Shown here one piece after another: positions 8,848-17,031 of a DNA stretch of 64,000 bases; position 1 is the stretch's first letter; every line of letters starts with the position of its first letter. The notes beneath the pieces were generated by a model, which was given only the letters and a program-made list of their open reading frames with translations, had not been told where the DNA came from and did no database searches. This stretch comes from Vicinamibacterales bacterium (GTDB lineage Bacteria > Acidobacteriota > Vicinamibacteria > Vicinamibacterales > JAMQPK01), in assembly GCA_963825295.1 (NCBI GenBank), contig CAWGSZ010000001.1, positions 293,298-357,297 of the forward strand, given 5' to 3'. A program made the position numbers and the translations under genes.

Positions 8848-10247
8848 CGGGGTGGCTGCTCACGTGGCTCTGGCAGGGGGTCGTCCTGACGCTGAGCGTC
8901 GCCATCCTCTTGAAGTCGAGGCGCTTCAATGCCGCGACGCGCCACCTGGTGTGGTGGGCGGCCCTCGTCGCCCTCGCCTGGCTGGGCTACCAATCATCCC
9001 CGTACGGGGGTCAGACCCCCGTACCTGTACGGGGGTCTGACCCCAATGGCATGAGTTTCGCGCCGGAGCCGCTGCTCCAGGTTCACCAAATCTCCCCGTT
9101 CGTTGTTTCGATCCTTCTTGGCGTCTGGGCCGCGGTTGCCCTCGTAAAACTGGTTCGTCTCGTGCCGAGCCTGCACGCGGTGTATGCGTTACGCGATCTG
9201 TGCCGGCCGTTTCCCGCTGCCATCGAATCGCGGCTTCCGCTCTGGCTCGACGCGAACGGGCGCGGGCGACGCCGGGCAGAGTTGATGCTCTGCGACGAGC
9301 TCGCGGGCGCGACGGTGCTCGGCTTCCAGCGTCCGTGCATCGCCCTTCCAACCTCCCTCGTCCAGGCGTTGAGAGTCGAGGACCTGGATCAGATCCTTCT
9401 GCACGAGCAGGCACACGTCGAGCGGCGTGACGATTGGGCGCGATTGGCGCAGGCGCTGTTGCAGGCGGTGCTGTGGATTCACCCGGTGGTCCCGTTCATC
9501 GGCCGCGCCTTGAACCGCGAAAGCGAGATGGCGTGCGACGAATCGGTCATCGCGCGAACCGGCCTTCCAAAGGCATACGCCCGGTGCCTCCTGATCGCCG
9601 CCGAAGTGCGCGGGCGCATCAGGCTCGCGCCGGCTGTCGTGCCGGCATTGTTCGGAAGCCAGCACGATCTCGTGCGCCGCGTCGATCGTTTGCTCCATAC
9701 GAAGGAGAGCACACGGCGCGGCGTCTCGTGGCTCGTGGTCGTTGGTGCCGCGTGCGCGATTAGCGCGATCTCGGTACGGCTGAACACCCTGCCGCTGGTT
9801 GGCGAGTACGTGGACATGGTCCTGCCGCTGGTCGCCTCGCCAGCCGCGCGCCTCGTTGCCGGATTGAAACCCGTCGCACCGGCATCATCAGTCGCGATTC
9901 GGTCCGTCGAATCAATTCACGCGAGCGCCGCGCCGCCGCGTCTCGCCTCGGTGAGCCCAAACGAACCTCACGAACTCCACGAACCTAACGAACCTAACGA
10001 ACCCAACAAACCTTACGAACCCAACGAACCCGGCGGACCTTCAGAACTTCGAGGGGTCATGTCCTCCCGCGCCTTCGAAGGTGCGTACCATCAGAATCCG
10101 ACAGCCGTCGAGTCCGATGGATCGAGCGGCTGGCGGGCGGCGGCCACTCCCGGCGTGGAGATCGCCAGCGCGGCGCGCAAGACCAGCGTGGGCATTGCCG
10201 GCGCGGTCACCCGCGCGAGTGTGTCGCTGGCGAAGAGCTTCAGATGA
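8844..10247 (+). CDS. blaR1: BlaR1-like M56 family membrane metalloprotease / signal transducer
   Basis: ATG 8844 overlaps the blaI stop. N-terminal TM helices and the M56 motif HEQAHVERRD are present. No penicillin-binding sensor domain is recognisable. The C-terminal half is low-complexity and carries repeat insertions. Confidence 0.75.
   Translation: MTGWLLTWLWQGVVLTLSVAILLKSRRFNAATRHLVWWAALVALAWLGYQSSPYGGQTPVPVRGSDPNGMSFAPEPLLQVHQISPFVVSILLGVWAAVALVKLVRLVPSLHAVYALRDLCRPFPAAIESRLPLWLDANGRGRRRAELMLCDELAGATVLGFQRPCIALPTSLVQALRVEDLDQILLHEQAHVERRDDWARLAQALLQAVLWIHPVVPFIGRALNRESEMACDESVIARTGLPKAYARCLLIAAEVRGRIRLAPAVVPALFGSQHDLVRRVDRLLHTKESTRRGVSWLVVVGAACAISAISVRLNTLPLVGEYVDMVLPLVASPAARLVAGLKPVAPASSVAIRSVESIHASAAPPRLASVSPNEPHELHEPNEPNEPNKPYEPNEPGGPSELRGVMSSRAFEGAYHQNPTAVESDGSSGWRAAATPGVEIASAARKTSVGIAGAVTRASVSLAKSFR
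8998..9044. repeat. double palindromic element inside the blaR1 coding sequence
   Basis: GGGGTCAGACCCCCGTAC (9007-9024) and GTACGGGGGTCTGACCCC (9027-9044) form a perfect 18-bp inverted repeat with a 2-nt spacer. It encodes ..PYGGQTPVPVRGSDP.. Confidence 0.8.
9961..10032. repeat. 8 x 9-nt tandem array (ACGAACCNN) in frame in the blaR1 3' region
   Basis: ACGAACCTC ACGAACTCC ACGAACCTA ACGAACCTA ACGAACCCA ACAAACCTT ACGAACCCA ACGAACCCG. It encodes NEPHELHEPNEPNEPNKPYEPNEP. Confidence 0.85.
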
Positions 10248-11191
10248 ACCGCACCCGGGCGTCCGCCGCTGGTTTCCTGATCCTTGCCGTTGTCGCGCTT
10301 GGCGCCCGGACGCCGGCTGCCGAAGGTGGGGCGCGCGGGGGCGCTCGACCCCCATTCGCGGCGTCGCCGGTTCCGCTCAACCTGCCAGGGCAGCAACTGC
10401 CTGTTTCGCGTGAATACACCTATCGGATGGCCGGCAAGATTCGCGCCCTTGTGCTCTGGGTCGGCCGCGACGACGTCGGATCGGCCGTCATCAAATGGCG
10501 CGGGGCTGGCGAGCGCAAGGCGTTCGAACTACTGATCGGGACCGATCCCCAGAAAGCGCCGAGCCAGATGAACAAGTGGGGATATCTGGTCGAGGAGATT
10601 CATCGCGGCGAGTCCGCGGTCGTCGGACTCATCTCACAGGAGAACGACGACAGGCTGAGCGACGTCAAAGCCGACCTGAAAAAGCGTAAAGATCTGCGCG
10701 CATTTGATACGATTCGCGGACACGTGACCGCGGACGAAGCGATGGCCCGCGTCGGAACCCTCCACGCGCCGAGCGAGCTGACCTACCGGTCCGCCGGCAC
10801 GGTGCTCGATCACGTGCTGGCCGATACGTCGCTGCCGGTGAAACAACTCCCGCGTGCCGGTGGCGTGCGAGCCGGGTTCCTGAGCGCGCTGTCCGAGCTG
10901 ATGGCGGCCAGCATTGAGAAAAAGCCGGCTCAGAAGGTTCCGTATATCCACGGCGATCGCCTCTACGAGCTTCGCCAGCTGGAAATTACCCCTCTTTCCC
11001 GATACGAGCGAGACGGACGTGCGTTCGATAAGGTCATTCGAGGGCGCTTCGAGACCGGCCAGGCCGGCGCGCGGTCGGGAACGCGCTTCGAGCTCGTATA
11101 TGGAGTGTCGGGTCCGCTTGCAGGCATACCCATCCTGATCTCCTATCAGCCGAAATGGTGGCTTCAAGTAGACTTGGTGCTCCAAACATGA
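10244..11191 (+). CDS. hypothetical secreted protein
   Basis: The ATG overlaps the blaR1 stop (ATGA) and its stop overlaps the next ATG. Signal-like N-terminus MNRTRASAAGFLILAVVALGA. No motif recognised. Confidence 0.6.
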   Translation: MNRTRASAAGFLILAVVALGARTPAAEGGARGGARPPFAASPVPLNLPGQQLPVSREYTYRMAGKIRALVLWVGRDDVGSAVIKWRGAGERKAFELLIGTDPQKAPSQMNKWGYLVEEIHRGESAVVGLISQENDDRLSDVKADLKKRKDLRAFDTIRGHVTADEAMARVGTLHAPSELTYRSAGTVLDHVLADTSLPVKQLPRAGGVRAGFLSALSELMAASIEKKPAQKVPYIHGDRLYELRQLEITPLSRYERDGRAFDKVIRGRFETGQAGARSGTRFELVYGVSGPLAGIPILISYQPKWWLQVDLVLQT

Positions 11192-12693
11192 CAATTCACC
11201 TGGTCAACCCGAGCGATATTTCGTTCGGGACAGCTGTCATCACCCCCCGTTGGCTCTACGTTCTCGCCGCCGCGACGCCACCTACATATGGCGATCCGCG
11301 CATTATCGATGAGACGCTGGAACCCATGGACTACGACACCATCGCTGCTGGCGACGTCGTCGGGATTGGCATTCACACGTTCAACGCGCTGCGGGGATAC
11401 GAAATCGGTCGAGAGGCTCGCAAGCGCGGCGCCTACGTCGTGTTTGGAGGTATTCACCCCACGCTCTATCCGAACGAAGCGCACGAGCTGGGCAGCGCGC
11501 ACGTTGCGGTGAAGGGTGATGGCGATGTCGTGTGGGCCACGGTCATCGCCGATTGTCTCAGCGGAAATCCCGCGAAGATTTACGACGGCGGACGCGTCAA
11601 CGGCGTCACCTTTTCGCCCGCGCGGTGGGACCTGCTGCCGGCCGACAAGTACATGTGGGGCTCGGTTCAGACGCTTCGCGGCTGTCCGAAGCACTGTTCG
11701 TTCTGCTCGGTGTGGAAAACGGATGGGCAGCAACCGCGGCAGCGCACGGCGGATGCCGTCGTTCGCGAGATTGTCGAGCTGCGCCGCATGGGCTTCCGGT
11801 TCATCCTGCTGTCGGACGACAACTTCTATCCTGTGACGGTGGAAGACCTGAGGCTCGCCGAGCGTCAGGGCAATATCGCGCGGCTCGAGTCGCTGCGCGA
11901 GATTCGCCGCGAGCGGTTCGAGCTGATGGACAAGCTCGCGAAGCTGCCCAACGACCTCGTGTTCTATACGCAGATCACCATGGAGGCGGCGGAGGACCCC
12001 GATTTCCTGGAAGCCATGAACAAGGCGAAAATCCGGGGAGCGCTCGTGGGCGTCGAGTCGGTGACGCCCGAAGGCCTGAAAGCCATCTTCAAGGACTTCA
12101 ACTACGCCGGCGATCGGCTGGTCGAGCGCCTCAAGGAATTCCGCAAGCACGGCGTGCACATCCTCGGATCGTTCATTTTCGGATTGCCCACCGACAAAGA
12201 GGAGACGTTTCAGGCGACGGCGGAGCTCGCGCAGCGCGCCGACATCGCGTTCGCGCAGTTCATCATGCTGACGCCGTTTCCGGGCACCGTCGACTTTGCC
12301 AGGTGGGAAGAGAAGATGGCGGCCGACCCGACACGGATTGCCGGCCAACCGCTGACGCGTTTCTGGCTCATCCCCCGCGAGCAGCGGCCCAAGGTGTACA
12401 CGCCGCATCCCATACTGTCGCCCGAGCAGATTCGAGCGGGCACCCAGACGACCTGGGACACGTTCTACAGCATCCCTGCCATCTGGGAGCGCGCGGGCAT
12501 CATCAAGTCGCTACGCGGTCGCCTGGTCTTCGTGATGATTTCCAAGCTGTACCGTCAGATGTACGCAAACACCGGTATTGCCACCGACAGCGCCCGCTCG
12601 AACCGCTCGGCACAATGGGCGCGGTGGCTCGCCAAGCCCTGCCGGCGCTTCTTCGTGACCACACCGATGCCGGACTTGCAGGTTCCGAACTAG
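11188..12693 (+). CDS. B12-binding-domain radical SAM protein
   Basis: The N-terminal Rossmann-like B12-binding region (DVVGIGIHT..VVFGGIHPT) is followed by the CPKHCSFC (CxxxCxxC) cluster. Start ATG 11188 overlaps the upstream stop. Confidence 0.8.
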   Translation: MTIHLVNPSDISFGTAVITPRWLYVLAAATPPTYGDPRIIDETLEPMDYDTIAAGDVVGIGIHTFNALRGYEIGREARKRGAYVVFGGIHPTLYPNEAHELGSAHVAVKGDGDVVWATVIADCLSGNPAKIYDGGRVNGVTFSPARWDLLPADKYMWGSVQTLRGCPKHCSFCSVWKTDGQQPRQRTADAVVREIVELRRMGFRFILLSDDNFYPVTVEDLRLAERQGNIARLESLREIRRERFELMDKLAKLPNDLVFYTQITMEAAEDPDFLEAMNKAKIRGALVGVESVTPEGLKAIFKDFNYAGDRLVERLKEFRKHGVHILGSFIFGLPTDKEETFQATAELAQRADIAFAQFIMLTPFPGTVDFARWEEKMAADPTRIAGQPLTRFWLIPREQRPKVYTPHPILSPEQIRAGTQTTWDTFYSIPAIWERAGIIKSLRGRLVFVMISKLYRQMYANTGIATDSARSNRSAQWARWLAKPCRRFFVTTPMPDLQVPN

Positions 12694-12702
12694 ACCAGAA
12701 CT

Positions 12703-12807
12703 GGGGAGTAGGGACTAGGGATTGGGGATTAGGAATTGGGGATTGGATCAGGGTCGCAGGGACGCCTGATCCTAATCCCTAGTCCCCAATCCCTAATCCC
12801 TGATTCG
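12703..12807. repeat. inverted heptamer array, 7 units per arm (GGGATTN / NAATCCC)
   Basis: Left arm GGGGAGT AGGGACT AGGGATT GGGGATT AGGAATT GGGGATT GGATCAG. A 14-nt loop. Right arm CTGATCC TAATCCC TAGTCCC CAATCCC TAATCCC TGATTCG. It starts 10 nt after the stop at 12693. Confidence 0.9.
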
Positions 12808-12883
12808 GGTTCATTGTTAGGGTTGACACGTCCCGCGTAAATCGTAAGAGTACCCGCTTACCATCTCGCCATTCGGAGGAAAG

Positions 12884-14173
12884 ATGACGCGCAAGGCTCT
12901 TACTCTGTTCACGGCCCTCCTGCTCGCGTGCGCGGCTGTCCCCCAGGCGCAGCAGGGCTCTGCCGTGGTGGCCATTACCGGCGCCCGCCTGGTCGACGGC
13001 ACGGGCGCGGCCCCCCTGAACGATTCGGTGATTCTCGTCAGCGGCGATCGGATCACCGCCGCCGGCCCGCGCGGCAAGGTGCAGGTGCCGCAGGGCGCGA
13101 CCGTCGTGAATGCGACCGGCAAGACCGCCATCCCGGGCCTTGTGGACGCGCATTGCCATCTCAATCAGCCGGAAGACGTCATGCGGAAGCTGCTTCCGGT
13201 GGCGCTCAACTGGGGCATCACGACCATCCGCATGACCGGCAACGACAAGCCGGAAATCATGCAGGTGTACTACGACGCGAAGGCGGGCAAATTCCCGTCG
13301 CCGCGCGTGTATACGGCCGGACAAGGGTTCAACCTGACGGGACCGTATCCCGGCGCCCCGACGATGAAGCCGACGACGCCCGAGGAGGCGCGCAAGGGCG
13401 TTCAGACGCACAAGGCGCTGAAGGTCGATTTCATCAAGGTCTGGATGGGCGACAAGGGATTTTCCCCCGAGATCATCGCGGCGATCGTGGACGAGGCGAA
13501 GAAGCAGAACATTCCGATTACGGCGCACATCGGCAACGTCGCCCAGGTGAAGCAGCTTGCCGACCTCGGTGTGACCGACTTCATGCACGAAGCCCGCGAC
13601 GGCATGAACCCGGAGTTCATCGCGTATGCGAAGGCGAAGGGGCTGTCGTTTGTGCCGACCATGGGGCAGGGACAGTCGCGCTGGTACTACTACGAGCACC
13701 CGGAGTTCCTGACCATGGATCCGAAGCTCGACGGGTTCTACGCCCGCGGCCGCGCGATGCTGAACGACGCCGCGCGCAAGCAGGAGATTATCGGTGCCGC
13801 CGACTTCGAAACAACGAAGCAGCGCTTCAAGGACAACAACTATCCGTTCATCAAGATGATGTCCGATGCCGGCATTCGCGTGATTACCGGCACGGACTGC
13901 GGAGCGGAGGCCTCGCAGACGACCCCGGTCGGGCACACGACGCACAGGGAAGTGCAGATGTTCGTCGAGGCCGGCCTGACACCCGTCAACGCGATTCGTG
14001 CGGCGACGCTTGACGCCGCGCGTGTGCTCGAGCGCACCGAGAATCCGACCTACGGATCCATTCAGGCCGGCAAGATCGCCGATCTCGTCCTGCTGAACGC
14101 CGATCCGACCGCCGACATCATGAACACGATCAAGATCGATCGGGTCATGCGCGCGGGAAAATGGGTGCCGTAG
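12884..14173 (+). CDS. amidohydrolase family protein, secreted
   Basis: Signal peptide, then ..GKTAIPGLVDAHCHL.. (metal-binding HxH) and later ..ITGTDCG... RBS GGAGGA lies upstream. Confidence 0.8.
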   Translation: MTRKALTLFTALLLACAAVPQAQQGSAVVAITGARLVDGTGAAPLNDSVILVSGDRITAAGPRGKVQVPQGATVVNATGKTAIPGLVDAHCHLNQPEDVMRKLLPVALNWGITTIRMTGNDKPEIMQVYYDAKAGKFPSPRVYTAGQGFNLTGPYPGAPTMKPTTPEEARKGVQTHKALKVDFIKVWMGDKGFSPEIIAAIVDEAKKQNIPITAHIGNVAQVKQLADLGVTDFMHEARDGMNPEFIAYAKAKGLSFVPTMGQGQSRWYYYEHPEFLTMDPKLDGFYARGRAMLNDAARKQEIIGAADFETTKQRFKDNNYPFIKMMSDAGIRVITGTDCGAEASQTTPVGHTTHREVQMFVEAGLTPVNAIRAATLDAARVLERTENPTYGSIQAGKIADLVLLNADPTADIMNTIKIDRVMRAGKWVP

Positions 14174-14178
14174 GAAGA

Positions 14179-14224
14179 GTCGCAAGGCGCAAGTCGGGAG
14201 TCGCAGAGGCGCAAGGCAAGGCAC
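14179..14224. repeat. one-armed short-unit array (GTCGCAAG/GCGCAAG)
   Basis: GTCGCAAGGCGCAAGTCGGGAGTCGCAGAGGCGCAAGGCAAGGCAC fills the gap between the stop at 14173 and the start at 14226. Confidence 0.6.
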
Positions 14225-14225
14225 A

Positions 14226-16325
14226 GTGCCGAGCGTTGCAATAGAGTCGGAGGAAGCCGTGGCCCTTGAAATCAGACGAGACATCTACGAGAAGCACGCG
14301 TCACTGTTTGGCGAGAAGACCGTCAGCGGGAAGAAGGTCAACGTCGAGGAACTCATCACGAAGCTGACGCGCGAGACCAGCGGCGAATTCCGATCGCTGC
14401 TCGGCGTGCGCCATGCGTTCCAGGACCAGGTCGGGCGCCACGAGCGCACCTACACCTTCCTGCCGCCCGACTCGAAGATCAGCGACGCCGACGGCCATAC
14501 CATGACTGTGCGCGACATCCGTCAAGGCATGCTCGACGCATTCTTCGGGCGCAAGACGCCTCAGGCCTGGCGGCTGAATCCGTCCGTGCCCATCCCGACA
14601 GACACGATGCGCCCGGGTCTCGAGGGCACCGGGCCGGCGATCGATCTCGGCATGGCGATGGGAGCGCTCAACACGGGCGCGGCGTCATGGATGTGGGATT
14701 GGGAAGATGCCGGCGGCGACTACAAAGACCAGTTGTATCAGGCGTGGGAGAACCTGCGCGATCTGCTCGCGCATAAGTGGGTGGGGAAGCCGTTCGTCCA
14801 TCCTTCCAAGAAGCAGGGCGGCAAGCCGCGCGAGTACACGATCGATCTTCCCCCCGACAAGTGGCCCACGATCTTCCACCGCGTGCCCGGGCTGCACCTG
14901 CAGAACCGTCAGATCGCGCTCGACGGCGAGCAGGTGCCGGCCATGATTCCGGCGCTCGTGATGCACGCGGTGAGCAACTACGACACGCAGAAGAAAAACG
15001 GATCCGGGATCTATTACTACGTTCCCAAGGTCGAAACGTGGCAGGAAGCCCGCCTGGTCGCGAAGCTGCTGAAAGGCGTCGAGGAAGGCCTGGGACTGGC
15101 GCGCGGCACGCTCAAGATCAAGATGCTGAACGAGCGCGCCGAATACGCGCTCCAGCAGGAAGCGATCATGTGGGTGCTGCGCGAGAACCTCATCGGACCG
15201 AACGTCGGCCGGTGGGACTATCTGAACAGCCGCGAGGAGATGTTCCGTCACGACCCGTCGATGGTGATTCCGGATCCCAACACCGTCACGATGACCGACC
15301 CCACGCTGAGCTATTACACGATGCGCAACGCGCTCCTCGCGTTGCTCGCCGGCGGCATGCCGATCGGCGGCATGGCGGCGCAGATGCAGAACCCGCAGGC
15401 GCCCGAGAACGATCCCAAGGCGCTTCGCGACATCTGGTTCGACAAGCTGCGGGAACGGCTGACCGGGCTGTTCAAGATCAACGGGCAGGTGCACGACACC
15501 TATCGCCAGTCCTGGGTGGCGACCATCACGCCGTCGTATGTCGAAGCCGGCCGCGAGTCGCTCGTGACCGACGTCAACGATCTGCAGGTGGTGGTCGACA
15601 AGCTGACGCCCGACGAGCGGAAGCGGCTCGAAGATCTGAAACTGCTGAAGGACGGCCGCATTTCACCGCTCGAGCTCTCGGAACCGGATCTGGCACCGGA
15701 GAAGCTGTTCTCGGAGGACGCGCGCAAGAAGCTGCTGTCGCGGCCGCAGGGGCCGACGACCGAAGACGGTCTCAGGTATGCGATGTACATGGCCACCGAG
15801 TTCATGTATCAGCAGCTCCTCGGCAACAACGCCGCCGCGATCTACGACCCGCGCACAGGGCTCCGGTTCATGAACGACCTCGCCACGTATGAGATCTTCT
15901 GGCACTTCCTCTATCTGACGGTGTTCCACGGCGCGGAGCTGACCGCCGACGGGAAGTACGCCAAAAAAGGCGACAAGGTGACGCCCGAGCTCTTCATCAA
16001 GCTGCTCGACGAACGGCGCGACACCGTGAAGGAGCTGTTCAAGAAGCTGGGGACCGAGTACGGCAAGACCAACGCGGAGCTCGTGCTGACGGTGTTGAAG
16101 AGACAGGTTGTGGAAACCCGGCCGGATGGGCGGCTCGTGCCTCAACCGCGCTGGATCAAGTACGGCTCGCGCGTGCTGCTGGCGATTATCGAGGAGTCGG
16201 ACGCCGATCGGTCGGCGATCCTCGATGCGATCTTCAGTGGCAGCCGCGGCGACCTCTCGGGCAAGCCGCTGCGCGCCTACGATTTCGTGTACGACGTCCG
16301 CGAGGCGGCCCAGACGGTCGCCTAG
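14226..16325 (+). CDS. malate synthase family protein (atypical 699 aa)
   Basis: GIYYYVPKVETWQEARL..GTLKIKMLNERAEYA..NVGRWDYLNS parallels the malate synthase YFYLPKME / GRWDYIFS motifs. GTG start. Confidence 0.65.
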   Translation: MPSVAIESEEAVALEIRRDIYEKHASLFGEKTVSGKKVNVEELITKLTRETSGEFRSLLGVRHAFQDQVGRHERTYTFLPPDSKISDADGHTMTVRDIRQGMLDAFFGRKTPQAWRLNPSVPIPTDTMRPGLEGTGPAIDLGMAMGALNTGAASWMWDWEDAGGDYKDQLYQAWENLRDLLAHKWVGKPFVHPSKKQGGKPREYTIDLPPDKWPTIFHRVPGLHLQNRQIALDGEQVPAMIPALVMHAVSNYDTQKKNGSGIYYYVPKVETWQEARLVAKLLKGVEEGLGLARGTLKIKMLNERAEYALQQEAIMWVLRENLIGPNVGRWDYLNSREEMFRHDPSMVIPDPNTVTMTDPTLSYYTMRNALLALLAGGMPIGGMAAQMQNPQAPENDPKALRDIWFDKLRERLTGLFKINGQVHDTYRQSWVATITPSYVEAGRESLVTDVNDLQVVVDKLTPDERKRLEDLKLLKDGRISPLELSEPDLAPEKLFSEDARKKLLSRPQGPTTEDGLRYAMYMATEFMYQQLLGNNAAAIYDPRTGLRFMNDLATYEIFWHFLYLTVFHGAELTADGKYAKKGDKVTPELFIKLLDERRDTVKELFKKLGTEYGKTNAELVLTVLKRQVVETRPDGRLVPQPRWIKYGSRVLLAIIEESDADRSAILDAIFSGSRGDLSGKPLRAYDFVYDVREAAQTVA

Positions 16326-16332
16326 AGAAACG

Positions 16333-16413
16333 GTTCCGGGATAAATGGGGTCGGGTGCAATTTTCACTCTGGCCCTGGTCGAAAATTGCACCCGACCCCA
16401 TTTATCCCGGAAC
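16333..16413. repeat. perfect 33-bp inverted repeat with a 15-nt loop
   Basis: GTTCCGGGATAAATGGGGTCGGGTGCAATTTTC (16333-16365) and its exact reverse complement at 16381-16413. It lies between the malate synthase stop and the ECF sigma start. Confidence 0.9.
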
Positions 16414-16429
16414 TGTTTTCACACGCCGA

Positions 16430-16948
16430 ATGTCCAAAGACAGACCGCCCAAGGCGGAAGACGTGGCGCCGATCGTCTACGACGAGTTGCGCCGCGTCGC
16501 CGCCGCCTACATGCGCCGCGAGCGGCCGGGACAAACCATTCAGGCGACGGCGCTCGTCCACGAGGCCTACCTGCGTCTCGCCCAGGCGGGGACGCCCTGG
16601 CACGATCAGAAACACTTCGTCGGCATCGCCGCCCGTTCCATGAGGCAGATCCTCGTGGAGCGGGCACGCGCGCGCGGGGCACAGAAGCGATGGGGCGGGA
16701 TGAATCGCGTGTCGATCACCGATTCGCTCCAACTGGCGTCCGATCCCGAGACGATGCTGCCGGCGCTCGACGAGGCCATCACCCGGCTCGAACAGGTCGA
16801 CGCCGAGCAGGCGAAGATCGTCGAGCTCCGGTACTTCGCGGGTATGAGCGTCGAGGAAGCCGCGGACGTGATGGGTATTTCGCCGGCCACCTTGAAGCGG
16901 CGATGGGCCCTGGCGCGCGCGTGGCTCTTCCGGGAGCTGTCGCAATGA
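16430..16948 (+). CDS. ECF-type RNA polymerase sigma factor (kinase-associated type)
   Basis: VYDELRRVAAAYMRRERPGQTIQATALVHEAYLRL and a C-terminal HTH (AGMSVEEAADVMGISPATLKRRW). The stop overlaps an ATG (ATGA) of the downstream kinase frame. Confidence 0.8.
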   Translation: MSKDRPPKAEDVAPIVYDELRRVAAAYMRRERPGQTIQATALVHEAYLRLAQAGTPWHDQKHFVGIAARSMRQILVERARARGAQKRWGGMNRVSITDSLQLASDPETMLPALDEAITRLEQVDAEQAKIVELRYFAGMSVEEAADVMGISPATLKRRWALARAWLFRELSQ

Positions 16949-17031
16949 TTCGGCGATGCGTGTCCTTCACCACAGAGGAAGGACTTCCGCAGAAGCCTCT
17001 GTGGGAAACCCAACCGGGCTGCGCAAGCACG

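Noticed and set aside
12823-12850. TTGACA..TAAGAG promoter-like sequence upstream of the amidohydrolase gene.
   Set aside because: The -10 match is weak and cannot be supported without TSS data.
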